From contig NW_003526941.1 of NCBI RefSeq assembly GCF_000181795.1, positions 9,802,605-9,856,958 on the forward strand: 54,354 bases of DNA, written 5' to 3'. The notes under the pieces are model-generated. The model searched no databases. It saw only the letters and a program-made list of their open reading frames with translations, and was not told the origin of the DNA. Positions within the stretch are counted from its first letter, which is position 1. Every line of letters begins with the position of its first letter. This document shows positions 48,813 through 54,354 of the stretch, one piece after another. A program made the translations under genes and the position numbers. This DNA is from Trichinella spiralis (lineage: Eukaryota).

Positions 48813-51449
48813 CATTCAAATTTCTGACCGCAAATTTAATTTTAATCCCTTGACTTGAACTCTGGGTCATTTATAACGCGAAAAGAAATGGTTTGCTTGT
48901 GGTGATATTACAATAATAATAAGGCAGTATGTTGAGACAATTTTGATTAACTTAGCATATATCTAATATTTATCATTACACTTTGTCTGCTTCAGGGATG
49001 GTCCAGTTCAAGTCAAATTTTGACTTCGTTTTCTTATTGGTCGTTGAACGCGCTATTTTATTGGACCTTCGTGCAGTTGTCTTATTGGTTGATTGAAACA
49101 AGCTCATTATAATTCTCAAATAATAATTTTTATTATTAATGTTACATCACTACTGTTAAAGTTACGTAATCCTAAGTGGAATATTCGAACCAATGAAATG
49201 AAAAAATATTGCAGCTAATTGCAACTGAAATCCAGAAATAGTTTTAAGTGACTCTTAGAGAGGGTCCTGACCTGGCCCGTTCGCTTAGGGATTTTTGAAA
49301 GGTCTTTTTCCCCTTGTGCCGCTTTCCCTCTCCTTTTCTAGGTGACCTAAGAGACAAAATAATGCTATTCATAAATCTTCATGTGTTTGTATGAAAAGTT
49401 TTGATGAAGAAAAACTTCATTTGTGCGCAATCGAACAGACATTTTCTGATAATCAGTATTTTCAAAAACGCAGTCTATTTCCTCCAACAAAGCTGTCAAT
49501 AATTATATATGATGGCCAGGAATTGCTTCAGTGTAATATTATCTATTATTCAAAGAAAAAATTGTTTACATTAATCTTTGATTGCTGTTGTTTTTCCAGA
49601 TTTATTTTTTGATTTATATATTATATCTTTGGTTTCCATTGTTCGGGTAAAATTAATTTTCTATTGCTATGTTAATTGTTGCCATTTGGTCACATTTCCT
49701 ACATGTAATCTTTGATAGTTGTGCGATATATACGAACCGTGAACGAAGAGATTGAATAGGATGAACTGATGTTATATCTTTTAAATGCAAAATATACGTT
49801 GCAGTTAGCTGAATGGACGGAACTGAACTTCTCTATAAATTCAGCCCTTTTCCCTTGAATTAAACGGCTTGATTTGTCACAGCCTAGTGGATGAATGCCT
49901 TGCAGTCGAATGCAAGTGCATTTTCAGTTTTCTAATCATACCAGAAGCTAATTCCGTAGTATTTTTACAGTGTACGCGGAATTTATTTACGCTCGGATAT
50001 GTAAATTTTTACAGAAAATCAGTTGATCTAGCAAGAAAGATTCCACCGTTGACGGTACAATTGTCAAATATTTGTTAATTCATTAATTTAGCATTGGTCA
50101 GTGATTGGATGATTATTATTTATCGAAGATTTCCCTTATATAGGTCCATGACCATTAAATTACCTTAAATGGACGTAAGTAATCACATGTTGCATTTTTG
50201 AAAATCAAAGTTTTTGATACATCTAACGGTGAAAATTTCTCTTAATTCTAGATAGAAAATCGTTGGCATAACTTTTTTTTTGCGATAACAAAATATAAGT
50301 ATACAATTCCTAAGTTAATTCACTTAAGCCCCATGTTTAACTACTTTACATTTTCTCATTCTTAATGTGTATATTTCCAAGCACAATATTAAAAAGGATG
50401 TTTTACAATATATGGCAAACTGTAGAAATGTTTCTGCCTAGTTAGCTCTTCAATTGAAGACAAATTGATCTTTACAAATAATGTTTTTTAAACGCGTCAC
50501 AGTTTTATATTTTATTTATTACAGAAGATTGATTATCAGAAGTAATAAACTACTTTTTTAATTTCATTTCTTCATATTTATGCTTATTAACAACCCATAA
50601 TATATGCACAGAAACTTTTCTGCTATTCATCAAACGTCCATCAGAATCAGGCAAACATTATATATATAATACACAGTGCTTTTTACAGCATAAAACAAAT
50701 GTGAACTGCATTACAATATGTACTGCGTGTGAAAATATACAATACAATAAATGTGTGAAAGGCCCTCTTCTAAATTTATGGAGATTTTCAATCTTAAAAT
50801 TGAAAAAAATAGATTGTTTGTGATATCACAATAATAATGTGGTATGTTAAGCCATTCTTTTTTACCTTTGTTTACAACCAGAATTTTTCAGTATAATTTT
50901 TTTGCTTGTGCGTAAAGCACCTCCCTTTGTGTATTAGCTTATGTTTGTTCCGTGAGATACAAACTGAATTTCATCAATATTTATTCCCATCATTCAAAAG
51001 GACATCTCAAACCTACGACACAAAAAATAACACAAGCTAGTGATGAACAGTGGGAAGTGATATAAAGGAAAATAGAGTTGAGAATCTTGAATTGTTCTTA
51101 GCAAATTAATTTTTTTCATTTTTGAATTGCATCATTCTAACAAAAATATAGAAGCAACAATAAGATGTTATATGAACATGATTAATCTGGGTCATTCATT
51201 GTTTTTATAATTCGACACGTAATGACTTTTTTAGATAGCAACGCAGTTAGTTGCCGCCTCCATTGGCTTAATATTGAATAAAATTGTGCAGTAATTTTCA
51301 CGAGGAAGCGTCACAATATCTAGTATGTGATGATATTTGCGTTGACCATAGCAGGTCATGCAGTTCAAATACTCATAAACTGGTTAATAGCATCTTCAGT
51401 TCAATTTGACTCACACTTTTTGAATTAATGCAAAAAGTAGCTCTGCTAC

Positions 51450-51962
51450 AGCAGAGAAATGTTTCACCAACCCAGAAACAACTGACCAACTTCTTTTACA
51501 TACCAAGTTACAAGCTAATTTTGTACAGCTGCTGTTTTCTCCAGATCTATCACTAGCTTTCAGTGGGATAGCCGGTGTCTACTGGATACTGCACTCTACG
51601 TCGCAGAAGCTGCCATTGCAGTTCTAAGGGAAAAATTTAGCTGAGTTTGAGCATTGGCAGAGATTGTGTGAAATTGCTTCGATGCAGTGCGCAGGTACTG
51701 TGCATACAGAATAAAGAAAATGATAGCTTGGATAGTAGATGAAAAGCCAATCCATGCTTCATACCTACCGAAAAGAATAGTTAGCAATATCCATAGGGCT
51801 AGGCAAAAGACTAGTGGAGAGATTACGATGATGGAGAGAATTTAAGCAGAAAACCAGAGTTGTTTTGCATTCTGTTGTTGCGTAGAATGATTTAAAAATG
51901 CAAAAGTCAGCTAAATCATAAGCGTTGATTTTGTTCTCAAATGTTCCCCATTTCCTTATCAC
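51450..51962 (-). pseudogene. Frameshifted fragment of a membrane-protein-like coding exon
   Basis: After an acceptor (tatttcag| ~51963): VIRKWGTFENKINAYDL...LVFCL / ILSIIVISPLVFCLALWILLTILFGRYEAWIGFSSTIQAIIFFILYAQYL, then multiple stops. Family not recognised. Confidence 0.3.
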
Positions 51963-52059
51963 TGAAATACAAATATTTCTGCTTGTATGTTCGTTCGTCA
52001 ACGCAGTGTAGTAGTAGATTCAATTTGGTTTTTGAAAAATAAATTTTATACAATTTGCA

Positions 52060-52682
52060 CAAAATGTATAAGCAAAGCTCAGTAGCGAGTAACGAAGCTC
52101 AAATTCTGTTGCAGCTAAATGGCAGTTTGACGAAGTCAAAGCGTCGGAGAGTGCTCAAAATGGTCAATGCAGAGGTAAACGAGTGAATGTTTCAGTTTTT
52201 CGTTCGCTGTTGAGCCATATTGATACCAATATTTGGACAATTGCTTCAAACGAATGCAATCGACATTGCAAGAAAGATGGGCATAAAGCAATGGTTGGCT
52301 GGAATCATTTACGCGTCGCCATATAATATAAAATTTTGCATGATTTCCGGTGAAGCACCTAACAGGTAGAACCGAGTATAACTGAACTTAATGTACACGA
52401 ATGCACAGAAGAAACTTCTGATCAAATTTTAATCAAAGAATTGCTTTCAAAATCGAATGCCAACAAAGATGTGTTATCTGAAAAAGTTGAGGATCCCTTT
52501 AAGGAGAAATTGACTTATTCAGAAGCAATAACAATCAAACATATTCGTTTCAAGAGCACTCTGATCTAGCGCAACACTTCTAAATATTGAAACCATGCTG
52601 GAAGAAATGGAAGCATAAAAGCGTATGAAACGCAGCTATCAATCTAGTATTTTCGATTACTTAACAGCTGACGACAAATAAA
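52060..52682 (+). mobile_element. Internally deleted Tigger/pogo-family element remnant (CENP-B-type HTH plus C-terminal tail, DDE domain missing)
   Basis: Translates with stops and frameshifts to AEVNE*MFQFFVRC*AILIPIFGQLLQTNAIDIARKMGI/SNGWLESFTRRH/NIKFCMISGEA, then LTYSEAI...KRSYQSSIFDYL. Confidence 0.8.
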
Positions 52683-52714
52683 AGAGTTGCCTATTTGTTC
52701 ATTTTTTACGAATT

Positions 52715-53895
52715 GGCTATTATGCGGTGGCCAATGGTTCTATGGTTAACTACTTTAGATTGCGCAGGTCTAGCAGCATATGTTATTTGGACATGTAAAA
52801 ATCCAGATTGGAACGCCCGAAAGTCGCAGCGTAGAAGACTATTTTTAATGGAGTGTGGCAAAAATTTAGTGGACATCGTTCTTCAGAAACGGGCTGCCAG
52901 TCCCCCGCAATCCCTTCCTTACACAGTAAGGAAAGCGACTGAACAAATAGGAACAGCGACGTCAACCGATCGGTCAGAAGCAAGCAAAGATGAAAAACAC
53001 ATCTGTAGAAGATGCGTCTTTTTTGGAAGAAAACGTGACAAAAAAGTAAGATCTAGCTGCATAAAGTGTAAAAAGACATGCTGCAATGAACATTTGCGCA
53101 GCTACTGTGAGCATTGTGATGTTAATCCTAACACTTCCAAATAAAGGGAGATCAACAGATTTATTACGTCAATTTTGTTGAATTTTTCAGCTAGAAGAGA
53201 CTTAAAATTTATTTCAAATAATAAAATTTTAATCAAAATACATAAAAATGAATAAATTATAGAAACTGAAATCAAGAAAATGTGGAATATCGATTTCCTG
53301 CTCAACAGTTTTCCATATGTTTATGTTAAAACTATAGAAAGGGCTTAGATAAACGTAGTCTTTTCGGAACCAAAAAAATGACTATAGAACTGAGTTTAAT
53401 ATCAAAATGTGCAGAATAACGTGCTCTACTCAAGTCTGTAATTTGTTCCACGAATTTTACAAAACTAAGTTCACACGAAGAAAAAACTGAAAAATGACAA
53501 TTTTTTAACGAAAATTTTGTCGCATTTTTTGCCAATACAATGCTTAAAAATTATTATAATTGGAAATACTTTGATACCATCATGTACAGAATTCTTCGAA
53601 CTATCCAATAAAATAAATTTCATAAAAATTGAACATACTTCCAGCTTTTTACACGTGTTTTTTTAAAGTAAGATGGGGCCCACCCCAACATTCCAACAGC
53701 GTATATTTTGACTTTACGATGTTCTGCAGACCGAACAAAAATTCCTGGAACATTGAAATTTTTTTCAAAACATGTAATATTGTTTCAAAAGAGATGTCAC
53801 AAAGCTTCGGACTATAAAAATGCAAATTGACAGAATGCGACGAAAAGAAAACCCCCTGGGGTGGGCTCTACCCCAACAATCAATCAAAGGATTAA
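52715..53895 (+). mobile_element. 5'-truncated piggyBac element: transposase C-terminus with cysteine-rich domain, 3' terminus and TTAA site
   Basis: RWPMVLW..LDCAGLAAYVIW..NPDW..RRRLFL and RRC..RKRDKKVRSSCIKCKKTCCNEH..YCEHC. Subterminal palindrome-like GGGGTGGGCTCTACCCCAACA (53857) with a related copy near 53674. End ...CAAAGGA|TTAA at 53892-53895. Confidence 0.8.
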
Positions 53896-54354
53896 CTGCG
53901 TCAAGCTTTATGCCCAGCAGCATTTTACTTCCTGCTTCATAGTGTACTTCTCGCTTACTCTAGTATTAGTAATAACGGAATCCATTTGGGCGTCCATTTT
54001 CTGTTCATTGCCGTCCAGTCCAGAAAGTCGTATTCATCACAATTTCAGCAGGCAAATTTCGGATGATGATATCTGATCTTGTTTCGCTCATCAGCTAATA
54101 ACCCTCGAATGCTAAGCACTGAACTCAAACGCAATACCAAAAAGGAAAATAAATTTGACGGTTTAAATTCCATTTTAAATAATTATTTTGAAACAACATT
54201 TAGTTTTCATTTTTCATTTTATCTACAATTGAAGATCAACTTTGATTGATATTTCTGTGGCACCAATGCCTTCTGTTGATGTTGACAGAAGATTATTAAT
54301 CACACACAAATGGCGCACAAATGCTGACATCAAGCAATGTGATGTCCACTCAGA

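Noticed and set aside
1..54354. tRNA, rRNA, CRISPR arrays or prokaryotic operons
   Set aside because: No cloverleaf/T-loop motifs, rRNA-like tracts or repeat-spacer arrays were seen by eye, and all genes are eukaryotic. Small structured RNAs cannot be excluded without an Infernal/Rfam search.

Overview
AT-rich eukaryotic genomic DNA with many short (~50-90 nt) GT-AG introns and abundant microsatellites. Gene content and repeat types fit a clade I nematode, most likely Trichinella (inference from recalled sequence similarity, no search run). Exons were assembled by hand. In order: a possible decayed multi-exon gene (~190-1170); an INSM1/egl-46/nerfin zinc-finger gene flanked by E-box-rich GC islands; an orphan 336-aa ORF with decayed exon-like segments behind it; a 162-aa type I membrane protein whose TM and tail resemble vertebrate ARMH4/C14orf37; mrps-2; a PLC-delta-like phospholipase C; NDUFB6; Ku80; a 15-exon discoidin domain receptor kinase; and a repeat-rich end with MULE, Tigger/pogo and piggyBac remnants. 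The most notable observations are a U12-type AT-AC intron in the PLC gene, near-complete absence of the autoinhibitory X-Y linker in the same PLC, the miniature ARMH4-like protein, a Ku80 with a DNA-PKcs-recruiting-type C-terminus, and a DDR kinase missing two of three activation-loop tyrosines. No tRNA, rRNA or CRISPR array was seen, and no single new multi-gene system is evident.
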